Shown here in pieces: positions 11,930 to 24,530 of a stretch of DNA of 64,000 nt. The notes beneath the pieces are model-generated. The model saw only the letters and a program-made list of their open reading frames with translations, did no database searches and was not told where the DNA came from. Each line of letters begins with the position of its first letter. Positions within the stretch are counted from its first letter, which is position 1. The stretch is taken from contig NC_043002.1 in assembly GCF_006345805.1 (NCBI RefSeq), positions 33,976,001 through 34,040,000 on the forward strand, given 5' to 3'. This DNA comes from Octopus sinensis (taxonomy: Eukaryota). The position numbers were made by a program, and so were the translations under genes.

Positions 11930-13853
11930 TGTGTGTGTGTGTGTGTGTATGTGTGTGTGTATGTTTATGTTACTTGCAATGCTCTCGATAGATTTTTGCT
12001 CAGACACTGAGTGAGGGTTGGTTGGTGGGTGAGTAAAATTTCGAATGGCAACGTTGATCTTCTGTAGATGTAACGGATTTACTCCAAATAAATTAAACAA
12101 TATGAACAAAAGAACAGATGATGAACAACACACATTATCCTAACTAAAACATATTTTTCTCGAACTTAGATCCGCAAATGTTTTCGTAGCAGTTTCTTTA
12201 TCGATCTTGATTAAAACATCATTTCCTATTGACAAAGTTCTCTATGAATTTAATCTTGTGATATGGACGACCGTAAATATGTCTTTATGAGTTTTAATTC
12301 ATCGAGGTCTTCCTCCCCACTCTCTCTCTCGTGAGATATATATACACAAGATATAAACATTTTCCTTAATGTAACTCGCAATTATTACTGTTAGTGAATC
12401 TAACAGTTTCTGTCGAAAGTTTTACATCTCCGCAAAATAATTCTTTAGCAATAACTAGTTAAGAGATAATACCCGTTAATATCAATGATTTCTTGGTAAC
12501 TTAACTCTTTGCCTGTCCTGTGAATCACATGTGATACAGGACATATTTTCCTGGCATCCATGCATCGCATAAGATACACATTCTCACTTTTTTTTTTCAA
12601 CCCAGAGAATAACTTGGGACTCATGAAAGGAAAGCTTTGTATTACTCAGGACGTATGAAATAAAGGGATAATTAGCAGTTTGAAGAGAAGCATTGACGTT
12701 CAGGACAAACTTATGAAAAGATTTAGGACAGGTAAAGGGTTGACTTATCGTCTTCCAAATCCAAAATCTGCTTATTTTTATCTGACAAATCTTTTATGTT
12801 ATTTTAAAATCTCTGTATCTCATTGAAACTTTATAACTGTTTAAATATAATTTTCACATTTTGGAACAAGGCCAGGAATTTTGGGGTAGGGGGCAACTTG
12901 ATTACATCGACCCCACTGCTTAACTGGTACTTATTTTATCAACCCCGAAAGGATGAAAGGCAAAATCAACCACAACGGAATTTGAACTCAGAACGTAAAG
13001 ACGGACAAACTACCGCTAAGTATTTCATCCAGCGTGCTAAGAATTCTACCAGCTCTCCACCTTTAATCATTCAAATATCAATAAAAACTAAATTAAGTGA
13101 AATTCCGTTATAACGAATACCAATATAGTGAATTTTTGTGACCATAATCTTAATGGAATCGTTAAAGCATCTCGTTATCACGAATATCGTTACAAAGAAA
13201 CAAATTTGAACATTTGGGAGCCAGCATTGTTTAACTACAACGAAAAATAACCTAAACAATATTTTTGAGACAACAGTCAAGCGTAATACATAGACAAAAT
13301 ACCAGCTGGGACACTGCGTGGGTTTGAATTCCGAACGCCTTATCAACAAATGCGTGTTTCAAATTTTGGCACAAGGCTAGCAAGTTTAAGGTGGAGGGGA
13401 CAAGTCGATTACATCGATCCCAGTACTTGACTGGAATTTATTTTATCAACTCCGAAAGGATGAAAGGCAAAATGGACCTCGGCGGAATTTCAATTCAGAA
13501 CATAAAAAGCCGGAAGAAATGTCACTAAGCATTTTTATTTTTCTTTGATGCATTAATGATTCTACCAGTACGCAGCCTTATCGATTGTATTACTAGGAAG
13601 CTACTTCAAACGAGCGCACTAAATACAACGTCGGCTGTTGATATCTTCTATTTCACGGGCCAAAATTAAAATTTCGTAAAATTCAAGCAAAGCTGCAAAT
13701 TTCAAAAGTCAGTACAGCAAAGAATTAGAATTTATTAATCAATTTCACAAACATTTATTAAAAGGAAAGCATTCCAAATGTGATCATCAGTTCTTCTTTC
13801 AAATTCAAATTTCAAATCAGATAGAGAAAATACGAATCAAAATTTTAAAAATG

Positions 13854-14261
13854 AATCTTTTCGGTTTGAACGGCAGTTTTTTTTAGTGGTATTATATGAA
13901 ATTGTCACCCATAATTATGACCCTAGTATCGGACTATTGCATTTCAATCTGTTTTAGGTTTAGGGGTGAGAGGAAGGGTATCTATTTTCTTCAGAAATGT
14001 AAATAAACCCAATCTGTTTCTTAAACGAGGGACATATTCATACGGCACAGAATGTTTTCACCTCAATATACGTCATCGATTGGTTGAAATTGCAGAAATT
14101 GAAGAAAAAGACAACAAATATCTTACAAACTATACAATTTTCTCAATAAAGCCTAGAGAAAAAGATGTTTTATAAACACATTCTACACGTATACGAAGTT
14201 TAAAAGTGTTTAGTTACGTGGAAATTATTTTTAAAAACTGCCGTTCAAACCGAAAAGATCC
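13854..14261. mobile_element. MITE with ~28-bp terminal inverted repeats
   Basis: ATCTTTTCGGTTTGAACGGCAGTTTTT at left, AAAAACTGCCGTTCAAACCGAAAAGATCC at right; a related diverged copy lies at ~15.2-15.8 kb. Confidence 0.7.
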
Positions 14262-14838
14262 TAAAAAATTTAATACAACAATAAAGCAGTTTAATACGTA
14301 TTATTGCAATATAATACGATTCAAAATAACGGCTAATTTAAGACATAAAGTCAGCAATTTTTGAGAACGGTTTTGTTGATGCCATCGTCTCCAATACTTT
14401 ATCAGTAGTACTTTACTTTGTTGAGCCTAAAAGGCGAAGTCGGGCTCAGTGCGATCTGAACCCAGAACGTAAAGAACCTGAACAAATATCGTAAAGTGTT
14501 TTTCCTATGTACTAACTCTTCCGACAGCTCGCAGGTTTAATGTAATTCAAATTTTATAACTTATGAAACACTAATGGTATATTTGTTGTTTGTCCCCTCT
14601 GTGTTTAGCCCCTTGTGGGAAGTAAAGAAATAGGTATGTTTGAGCTATATTTTAAAAGTAGGGGGAACAATACGAGCCTTGGTTTGAGTTGAACGCATCT
14701 GAAGAAGAGGCGAACAGAAAAAAAAAGTTGAAGTCGGCAGAGGAACATTGAAATTGAAAAGCAGTGATAGGATGAAGGTAAAGATGATAAATAGGTGATG
14801 GTCGCTAAATACATGACACGCCTATGCTAGCACGCACG

Positions 14839-14905
<67 letters not shown>

Positions 14906-14908
14906 GCG

Positions 14909-14951
<43 letters not shown>

Positions 14952-15516
14952 ACACACACACACACACATACACAAGCTGACATTTCTTCCCCGCACCTGT
15001 TAGCGCGTATACTGCTTGAAATACCAGGTGTTGCCGAGAGTAAAAAAAGCCTGGAGATTAATGTTTTACTGAATCAACAGTTGCATAGTGATGAAACTGT
15101 GTCTTGTTAGAAATGTTTTTCTTTTTTTATCCAAAAGAAATTTAATTATCCCGGTGAGCTTCGAACACATTACTTTCTGTAACAAATTTACACGTACGTG
15201 TGTGTGTGTGTTTCAAAAACTATTTTGGTTTTAATAATCGAAGACAACGATATTTTTCAAACAAAATTTTCATTTTGTCCCTTTTCCATTGGGAAGGATG
15301 CAACCGGTCAAAATATTTTCATTTTTGGATTGATTTCTGGAAAATTTCAGAATTCTGTTATAAACATAGGAGATTATTCTGTTGTGTCTGGGGAGAGTCA
15401 TTTTCTTTTTGTGCCTTATAATGTAACACACTCACCGGTAAAATTTCCACTTATTTCTTATTTTTATTTTCCTAAAATTTTCGTTGCGTCTTGAAACCTT
15501 TTGTGTCTTTAAGGTT

Positions 15517-15573
15517 TTAGGGTTAGGGTTAGGTTTTAGGGTTAGGGTTAGGGTTTTAGTATTAGGGTTAGGG
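15517..15573 (+). repeat. Short interstitial (TTAGGG)n-like tract
   Basis: About seven TTAGGG units with variants, inside a MITE-like element. Confidence 0.8.
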
Positions 15574-15852
15574 ACAAACAACAGCAGTAATTTTATTGAT
15601 TGGTTGAAATTACCGAAATAGGACAATTTTAGCGTGAAATAACTTCGTAAATATAATTTTTTTTTTTTCAAAAATGCTAAGAGTAAAAGATGTTTTATAT
15701 GACACAGTGTCCGAAGTTTGAAAGTGTTTAGTTACAAAAAATTATTTTAAAAATCTGTAGGTCAAAAGAAAAAGCTCTGTCAGACTGAGGTATCGCGTTG
15801 AAGGGTTTGGTCGAACAAATCCACCCCAGTATTAATTTTTTTAAAAGCCAGG

Positions 15853-16346
15853 TATAGTAATCCCTGGACTATTGCGGGTGTTATGTTCTCCCCACCCGCG
15901 ATAGGTGAAAATACGCGAAGTAGAAGTAGTACTGTACTGTATACATTTTTATTATTATTATTACAATTTGTATATATTTATTTTATTATAAATGCAAAAC
16001 AACATCACACACTGGCTTCTTGAGTTTTCCATACACTATGTACGATTCTTTGTTTACTCATTTACGGTACACTATGTATTTTCTTTTAATGCACTTTAAT
16101 TAATGTGTAACACACATTAATTAAAATTAATACTGTACTTTTATTTATTAATTTTTTAATTTTTGGGCGTGAAAATTCTTATTTTACCACAGAAATAATT
16201 AAAATCGGAAAAAATATAAATACCTATCGATCGCAGAATCCCGCAATATACTGAGGAGTCCGCGATAAAAATTTACATATATTAGCCAGAAAATTCCATG
16301 ATGTACTGAGGGCGCAATAGGTGAACCGCGATATGGCGAGTGGTAA
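15853..16346. mobile_element. Tigger/pogo-type MITE (diverged)
   Basis: TATAGTAATCCCTGGACTATTGCGGG... and ...GAACCGCGATATGGCGAGTGGTAAAC resemble degenerate CAGT-type TIRs. Confidence 0.5.
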
Positions 16347-17629
16347 ACAAACTAAAACCTGTTGTCAAGCGGTGGTGGACACACACATACACACACATAC
16401 ACGCGCACACACACACGCGCGCGCGCAAACACACTCGACTCCGTCGATCACGAATGACCATGGGTGCACCTAAGAGGTTCCCTCAGGGGTACAAGTCTGG
16501 GCAGAAAGTTGCCTCACAGGCGAACGCACAACCTAGGGTTGTTTTTATGGAAGACCAGCAGTCGCCCATGCATACCAGCCTCCCCCTCTCCACACCACCA
16601 ATGTTATCCAAGGGAAAGGCAGCTGAGTGAACTGGAGCAACGTGAAATAAAGTGTCTTGCTCAAGAACACAACATGCAGCCGGTTCGGGAATCGAACTCA
16701 CAACCTCACAATCGTAAGCTCGATGCTCTAACCACTGAGCCATGCATATGTATATATATCGTGTACTAAATTCACTCACACGCGCGCGCACAAAGCCCTG
16801 ATCTGCTCAAGACATTTGTCCTAGATGCCACGCAGTGGGATTGAACCCAAAGCCATGTAGTTGGGAGACAAACTTCTTACCACAGAACTAATCCTGCACA
16901 TATGTATTTTTTACCCTTTTTTTTATCTCTTCTTTTTCCAGCAGATTTTTTTCGGTCAGGAAACCTTACCTTTGATCGCTTCCTTTCTCTCTTTCTATCT
17001 GCCGTTTTCGTTTCTGTGACTAATGAGAGAATTAAAGTTCAGAGATATGTCATAGATCGATTATAAAACACAAATCGCGTCCTTTTGTGTCTGTGATTAA
17101 ACTAACAACAAGTAAGTTATAGCATCAATATTCCAGACAAAACAGGTGACATTTGAATAGAGTTACGTTAAATATCATTTCAGGCGCAGATTAAAAAAGG
17201 ACAGATATGATAAACATAGATTGTAACCAGTGACGGTAGTTAGAGTGTGTGTCGCCAGGGCTAGCACTTGAGTTTACCATCCACCCCGGGCCAATACAGT
17301 TTATATAGGCATATACGGAAGCCCCAAAATTACAGCACCCACAAAAGCGTTACCCAGGACGAACCACCCCTGATTATACTTGGGTTTCGATTGCCAACTA
17401 CGACTTTCCAACTACAATTATTATTGCAATGTCCATCAGTAAGCAGGTATTCTTTTTTTCTCCTCCAATTATTAATATTATTATCAACGATTTTTGTCAC
17501 GTACTTGGTGATCAGTTTCTTGATTTCCTCATTGCTTGAGAATCAGTGAAACTCGGAGTAGCAGCTTGTGAAGTTTTAGCTTAAGATAAATTATATTATA
17601 TACATATACAAACAATAAGGAAAACTACT

Positions 17630-18690
17630 ACTCTTGGAAGAAAACACAACGAGTTACAGACGCACCATTGTCATTCCCGTCTCTAGGAAGAAAGGCAAAT
17701 GAGAATGAAAAAGCGTACCTTCAGTGACATATTGCATCCGAGATTTTGGTAGCACTTGATTAGGCTCTTCACTATACTCTCTCACTGGGCCACTTGGTGC
17801 TTTCCCAGAAGTCATTTGTATACATCTTTGAATGCAAGCCAGGCCGCTAGGTCAGTTTAATCCATTGTCACCTCAAAGTTCTCATCAACTATAAGTTGAC
17901 GAATCTGAGGGCCTACGAATATGCCCTCTTTAATCTTGGCATCATTTATTTTAGAGAAGATCGCCTTGTGGTACTGGAAATATGGCTTGTTATGTTGCAG
18001 TGCTTTGGCAAATTGCTTCATTAAACCTAGTTTTATATGCAGTGGTGGCAAAATGATTCTCTCTTTCTTAACTAGTGGATCATGACTTACATTATAGCAT
18101 CCAGGTATCATAGTTACCCTAGATAACCATTCCGAGCGTAGTGTTCTGATCTGGCCCTACTGTCTCACTTGCAAAGAAAGTACATAAACTCGGTGTATCC
18201 AGTTTGTAGCCCATTAAGTAGGGCTACTATTTTCAAGTCCGCACAAATTAGCCATTCATGCTCTCTGTAACTTATGCGGTCTAGAATAAAAGCAAGGTCC
18301 TCATATGTCTCTTAAAATGACTGAGTGAGCAATAGGAACTGAAGGCATAGTGTTCCCAATGTGCAACAGAACCGCTTTTATGCTCTAAAGGGATGCAATT
18401 ATGAATAATCTCCACCTATTTGGTTCATAGAGGTCAGCTCTAGAGCATTGAATAGGTCTCTGATTTCATTACAGAAATCGAGTTGTTTTCCAAAGTGAAG
18501 AATTGCTGTAGATCTACAGAACGCTTCCTAAATATTGTAATTTGAGCATCTTTATCCAACAGATTGTGTTGTTGCAGACGTAAGGCCAGGATTTCACTCT
18601 GTTGCTTAGTAAGTATTGGCTCACAAACTAGATCATTGAGTTCATGTTGGGTGATGAGATGTGGTTTCTTGTCAGATTTACCACGGATTT
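17630..18690 (-). mobile_element. Chapaev3-type (CMC superfamily) transposase pseudogene
   Basis: Frame-broken translation gives PHLITQHELNDLV, WRLFI, KAVLLHIGN..PSVPIAHS, WLICADLKIV..L.GLQTGYT...FLC..DSRA, ILPPLHIKLGLMKQFAKAL, KIKEGIFVGPQIR, GCNMSLKV..HSHL. Confidence 0.85.
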
Positions 18691-19671
18691 GGACCCATAT
18701 AACTATAAAAATATTGAGTGTACTTTTATAATTTTCGTAGGTTAGGTTGATAAATACCTTAGAAACACTCCATTAAAATTATATAAAAATTCGTTGATAA
18801 CTTTTAGAGTTGTCAATTTCGGCCCAACCCTGTTTGCACTCAATTTCTACGGAACCATCAGTGTATTTAACGTAAGTAAGATGGTAATTTACGAGAAACT
18901 GAAGGGTCATAGAAAGAAACGAATGTTATATTCGTGATCTATACATAAAATACCCTTAGAAAAGGTTATTCTCATTTCCGCTTTCTCCACTGTTATGCAT
19001 ACAGTGTTATTGTACATACGGGTGCACACACACACACACAGATACACACACACACAGACAACACTCACTCGCACGCGCACACACGCACGCACACACACGC
19101 ACGCACACACACACACACACACACAGACACACATGCACACACACATTCACACGCCTATATAAATGTATATTCGCACCGAAACAACATTGATCCTGGACTT
19201 AATAGCTGACGAGAGGGTTTTCCAAATCTATTTTTCTTTTCCATTAGCCGTTTGCATGTCCTCTCGTATTTATATGCGCGCGCGCATGTACAAATTTACA
19301 CCTTTTCGCACACCATATATTATTTAGTAGTAGTAGTAGTCTTAGTTGTAGTAGCAATAGTTGTTGTTGTGGTGGTGGTGATGGTTTGGTCATGTGATGT
19401 ATGATTGTCACTAGCAATCACCTAAATCACACAGGTAACAGATGTCAGTAACATACAATGTCAAAGGTGAAAATGGTGGTGGAGGATGTCCCGCTTGTAG
19501 TTGAGGGATGGTATTTGAATGGTTGCGAAACCGGACCTATCCCCACCCCACCCAACCAACTGTTCTGTCTCTTTTATGGTCATCTATCATCTACTTAGTA
19601 ACCTTTTAATGGGGACCTCTCTAGACTACATCATTAACATTATCCAAGGAGATATAACATGCGTATGCGCG

Positions 19672-19736
<65 letters not shown>

Positions 19737-20343
19737 ATGTATACAGACACACACTCACAAGTACATATACACACGCATATATGTACACACATGAATGTAT
19801 GTGTGTGTAATTCAAGACGAAAGCTCTCATTGCCAGTATGGTACAGTTTATATAGTTCATCAGAATACAATCTCCTGAATAGACTACAAGTAGTTACATG
19901 ACATTATTCATATTTACGTAATTAACTCATCGGGTGTGAACTGACCGTACGATCATCTTAAGTGTGAGTGTGTGTGTGTGCGCGTGTGTGTGTGTGTGTG
20001 TGTGTGAGGGGGGAGTCGAAATAGCAGAACTAGCTAGGATATGCGGGATAATTCAAGTGTTAGCTAATAGGGTTACCTCCCTTCAAATACTGATGCTAAC
20101 CAATTGCCTAGCTCTGAATATACATGCAGGCACAGAAATACACACGCGCGTAACGGCTTATTCATATAATAACACACACACACATACACTCTCTCTCTCA
20201 CACACACACACACATATGCGTGTATGAGTGTGTTATATATTAACTGTGTATAAATCTTTATCCAGAAGTTTTTGAGTGCCTTGTTTTTTATTGTTGTTGT
20301 TTATATTGATAATATTATCATTATCATTATAATTATCATTATT

Positions 20344-21210
20344 TGATTAAAACTCATCGTATTTTGCTGGGTGTGATGTAAGTGTCAGCTGTCCAACAGT
20401 GATTTCATCATCCATACTCTCAACAATACGCCCTTAAATATGGTTTCTGATTACAAATATCTTGGGTCATACATATCATCATCTGAAAAATATTTTCTAA
20501 CTAGAAAGGGTGTGGCCTGGTCAGCCTATAATGATATAATGATATGCATCAAATCTAAGTAGAGATTTCAAACTTAAAATCTTCAAAGCCACAGTCGAAT
20601 CATTTCTACTATATGGCTCAGAAACCTGGACGTTATCAAAGAAGCTTTAGAGGCGGTTGGATGGAACCTACACTCGCCTCCTTATGAGAGTTCAAAATCT
20701 CTCGTGGAAGCGTCATCCAACCAAAATGCAAATATATGGGAAACTACTACCTGTGTCATCTCTTGTGAAAAGTAGGAGAGTCCAGTTTGCTGCACATTGT
20801 TGTAGAGCTGAAAACGAGGCAATTTCTACTCTTCTCCTCTGGAAGCCATCTACTCGCGATACCAGAGGGCGCACACTCTCCTACCCTGATGTAATCTCCA
20901 GCAACAGGACCTCCGTAATGCTATGATGGACTGTGAAGTCTGGCGTAGCATGGTAAATTCCATTGTCTCGACCACGGTCGAACAATGATGATGATGATGT
21001 CAGCTGTCCACAGCCAGCAGACTAAGGTGAAACTTGTTTACTGATCATGCTTCAAGAATCCTTCCGGAGAACTCTTCAGTTCCAAGCAATGATGATATCT
21101 GCAGATGTTCTATCTTTACATTTGTACCAATCTTTTTGGGGCCATGTAGCTGAGTACTGATATTTCCAAGTGCCCCAGTTACCACTGGTATGACATCCAC
21201 TCTCTTCGTT
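20344..21210 (-). mobile_element. R4/Dong-type LINE 3' end, split by an RTE insertion
   Basis: LWATKRVDVIPVVTGALG...HLQISSLLGT..ILEA* at 21050-21210; the 3' UTR resumes at 20344-20395 and ends in a degenerate (TAA)n. Confidence 0.6.
20396..20997 (+). mobile_element. 5'-truncated RTE LINE with (GAT)n tail and 13-bp TSD
   Basis: DYKYLGSYI, LLYGSETWTL, SRRVQFAAHC motifs; TSD TGTCAGCTGTCCA at 20383-20395 and 20998-21010. Confidence 0.9.
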
Positions 21211-21413
21211 GCCCACAACCTACGTCATGTGTGGGACGGATCCGTCTGTCGGCCGAGTTCACAGTGACGATTGCTCCGCCACTCTCCTTTAATCGGACAA
21301 GCATGCCACCAATTTTTCTTTGCATGGTGGCTGTGGCGAAAGAGGCTGTGTGGTGGATGACGCTGAAAGGCATGAGGACAGATACTTTCCTCTTTGGTTT
21401 GATTGTCACTAGC

Positions 21414-21653
21414 GAGCGAGTGGCGAGCTGGCAGAAACGTTAGCACGCCGGGCGAAATGCTTAGTGGTATTTCGTCTGCCGTTACGTTCTGAGTTCAAAT
21501 TCCGCCGAGGTCGACTTTGCCTTTCATCCTTTCGGGGTCGATTAAATAAATACCAGTTACTCACTGGGGTCAATGTAATCGACTTAATCCGTTCGTGTGT
21601 CCTTGTTTGTCCCCTCTGTGTTTAGCCACATGTGGGTAGTAAAGAAATAGGTA
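21414..21653 (+). mobile_element. SINE family A, full length, with 14-bp TSD
   Basis: TGATTGTCACTAGC at 21400-21413 and 21654-21667. Confidence 0.9.
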
Positions 21654-22361
21654 TGATTGTCACTAGCAATCGCCTAAATCACACAGGTAACAAATGTCAG
21701 TAGCATACAATGTCAAAGGTGAAAATGGTGGTGGAGGATGTCCCACTTGTGGTTGAGGGATGGTATTTGAATGGCTGCGAAACCAGAGTTATTTCCACCC
21801 CACCAACCACTTGAAAAGGAAATTGAGGGCGAAGATGGAAGTGCTGTCCTCGAGTGAGTTTACTGAAACGTGGGTGAAAGTTGCGAAAATGGCAAGAGTG
21901 TATGGTACACCAGGCACATGCATCACAACAATATGTGCGCGACATGGTGATCTCATATCAAGATAAACAGCGCATGACCTTGCAGGTGGGGCCCAGTTAG
22001 AATTTTCTTCAAGTCAAGTAGCCCATCCCGCACAAAGGATCCCTGAATAAGAATTGTTTAAGGATGTTGAATGAACCAACCATGTTTCCAAAGGTGAATT
22101 ATCCAAACCTCTAAGAATTCCTCTCAACATACGGCTATGAGGCTCTCCTCACTACTTCTGCTTGTGATCAGAGATGCACATATCGTCAGCCACTAAGGGA
22201 CATGCTCAACTGGTTAAGGTCAAACAACTGACAAGCAAATCTGTGGTACTGAGCAGAATACTTGCTGTAGCCCATCTTTTATACCAAGACAAAACAATGC
22301 TCATGATAATACTTCCAATCAGTTAAGATCAGAAGCCATGAGAGCCACTGTCTGGCACTGC

Positions 22362-22426
<65 letters not shown>

Positions 22427-22900
22427 GTATGTCTTTTAATTCAGGGTATGTTGGAACTCCTGAAGTCTTGCATGAGTAGCAGGTTTGCCCTCTGCATATC
22501 TGTTCTTTTCACCCATCTAATACTTTCCTCATAATTCTGGTATTGCCAAGAAGGCAAATTTTTGCAACAGCTCTACTGGGCACTCTATTCCCGTTTCATT
22601 ATATTCTTCTTGGTACCTTCTGATACTGTCCCCAAGGGTCCAACAACAACTAACACTATCATCACCTTTTTCATTTTCCACAGTTGAGGTATGACGTATT
22701 TAAGAGGATTGTATATGTCTATTTTTTCACCTTCCTTCTTAACTAGCCGTGGGTCAGAGAGGAACACAACATCTCTTATAGGGCACATGTGCTTACCACC
22801 ACTAGGTCCGGCTTGTTGTGTTGAAGTACCTGGTCCATTTGGATTGGGAAATGCCACAGGATTTTGTAGGCCTCCCATTCAGCCACTCTCTGTGATTTCT
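22427..22900 (-). mobile_element. R4/Dong-type LINE 3' fragment (restriction-like endonuclease domain)
   Basis: IRDVVFLSDPRLVKKEGEKI..Y..L......LWKMKKV...VVVGPLG, then GIECPVELLQK; 3' end runs into (TAA)n at 22362-22426. Confidence 0.8.
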
Positions 22901-23492
22901 GTTCATACTACAAATATCATTATTACTGACTGAGAGAGCAGCGCATGCCATCAACATGATATTGGGGTACAAATATACGAAGTCCAATATACCCATAATG
23001 ACTACCCGCCCGATAAGGGTACACCAGGTACATGCATCACAACCATATGTACGTGACATTATGATCTCATATTTATCTTAACAGCGCATGACTTTGCAGG
23101 TGGGGCCCCAGTTAGAATTTTCTTCAGGTCAAATAGCCCATCCCGCTCAAAAGGTCCCTGAATAAGGGTTGTTCAAGGATGCTGAACGAACATTCTTGTT
23201 GTTGTTGTTGTCGTCGTCGTTGTTGTTGTTGTTGCTATTGTTATTATTATTATTATTATTATTATTAAAGCGATGAGCTGGCAGGATCGTTAGTGAACTG
23301 TTTAGCGGTATTTCGCGAGTCGCTACTTTATGAGTTCAAATTCCGCCGAGGTCGACTTTGCCATTCATGCTTTCGGCGTTGATTTTTAAGTACCAGTAAA
23401 ACACTGGGGTTGATGTAATCGACTAGTCCCTTCCCCACAATTTTGAGGCCTTGTACCTCCAGTAGAAAAGTTTATTATTATTATTATTATTA

Positions 23493-23831
23493 CTTTTTTT
23501 CTTCTTTCAAATTTGCTTCCATTTCTTGCCGAGTGTCTTCCCGACTCCTAGGGCAAAGAAACTCATAGTATACATTGGTAGGCCATTAAACCAAACTCAG
23601 TAGTTCGTTCATTTTTTTTTTTTTTAAGTTAAATTAAAATACATGAGCAGCAACAGTTCTCACATCGACAATGCTCTTCTCAATACGTGTGATGTACCAG
23701 TTAAGACAATCTTTTGCACTTCTTGCAGGGATGGTAAGCCAGGGATCATTTTCATATAATTTTCGGTTCCCTTCTTGATCATTCCTAGTGCTCCTACGAT
23801 CACTGGTATTGTAACCGCCTTCAGATGCCAC
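23493..23831 (-). mobile_element. R4/Dong-type LINE 3' fragment inside a (TAA)n array
   Basis: WHLKAVTIPVIVGALGMIKKG...LQEVQKIVLTGTSHVLRRAL; (TAA)n on both flanks. Confidence 0.85.
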
Positions 23832-24249
23832 ATTATTATTATTATTATTATCATTATTATTATTATTATATTATTATTATTATTATCATCATTATTATTA
23901 TTATTATTAATGAGAAGACGACAACCAAAATTTGCTGGTGATTTAGTTAAGATCAGCAACGTACGATAGCAAAACACATATAGTGCGATATCAGTAAAAT
24001 AGACACTAACATACCTTATGGAGTGGACCAAATAATTTGATGTACCCTGGCTACATAACAATCATCATCTAAATCTCTGGTGGAGAAAGGTATGGGAAAT
24101 AACGCCGGAATTTTTAGTTAATTAAATTTATTAAAGACATAAAAGGCAAAAAGAAACAGAAGATGGTATGGAGTAAGTCTGATCATCATTAACAATATTT
24201 CCTTTAGTGAGTTTAGTTCTATGGCTGCAGTGCTATACGTTATTTCTGT

Positions 24250-24530
24250 ATAATAATAATAATAATAATAATGAAATTATTGTATACAGTGCTCAGGTGC
24301 ACCACAACTTGTCAGAAAGTGCATATAAAGTACATGCAGTAATATAGAAATGTCTGGAAAGCGAACAATGTATGAGTCAGATACATGTTTGTGTGTGTAT
24401 GGAGGGGAGAAATTCAATGTAGTGTTGGCGAATCTCAAGAAGCATGGAAGTTTTGAAGGATGCAGTGCTCCGACAACTAACAACCGATGCCGGCAGTTTG
24501 TTCCATGCTTCAACAACTCTCAGCGTGAAT
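24250..24530 (-). mobile_element. CR1-type LINE 3' end with (ATT)n tail
   Basis: Minus strand FTLRVVEAWNKLPASVVSCRSTASFK, the typical CR1 RVV.WN.LP motif. Confidence 0.75.
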
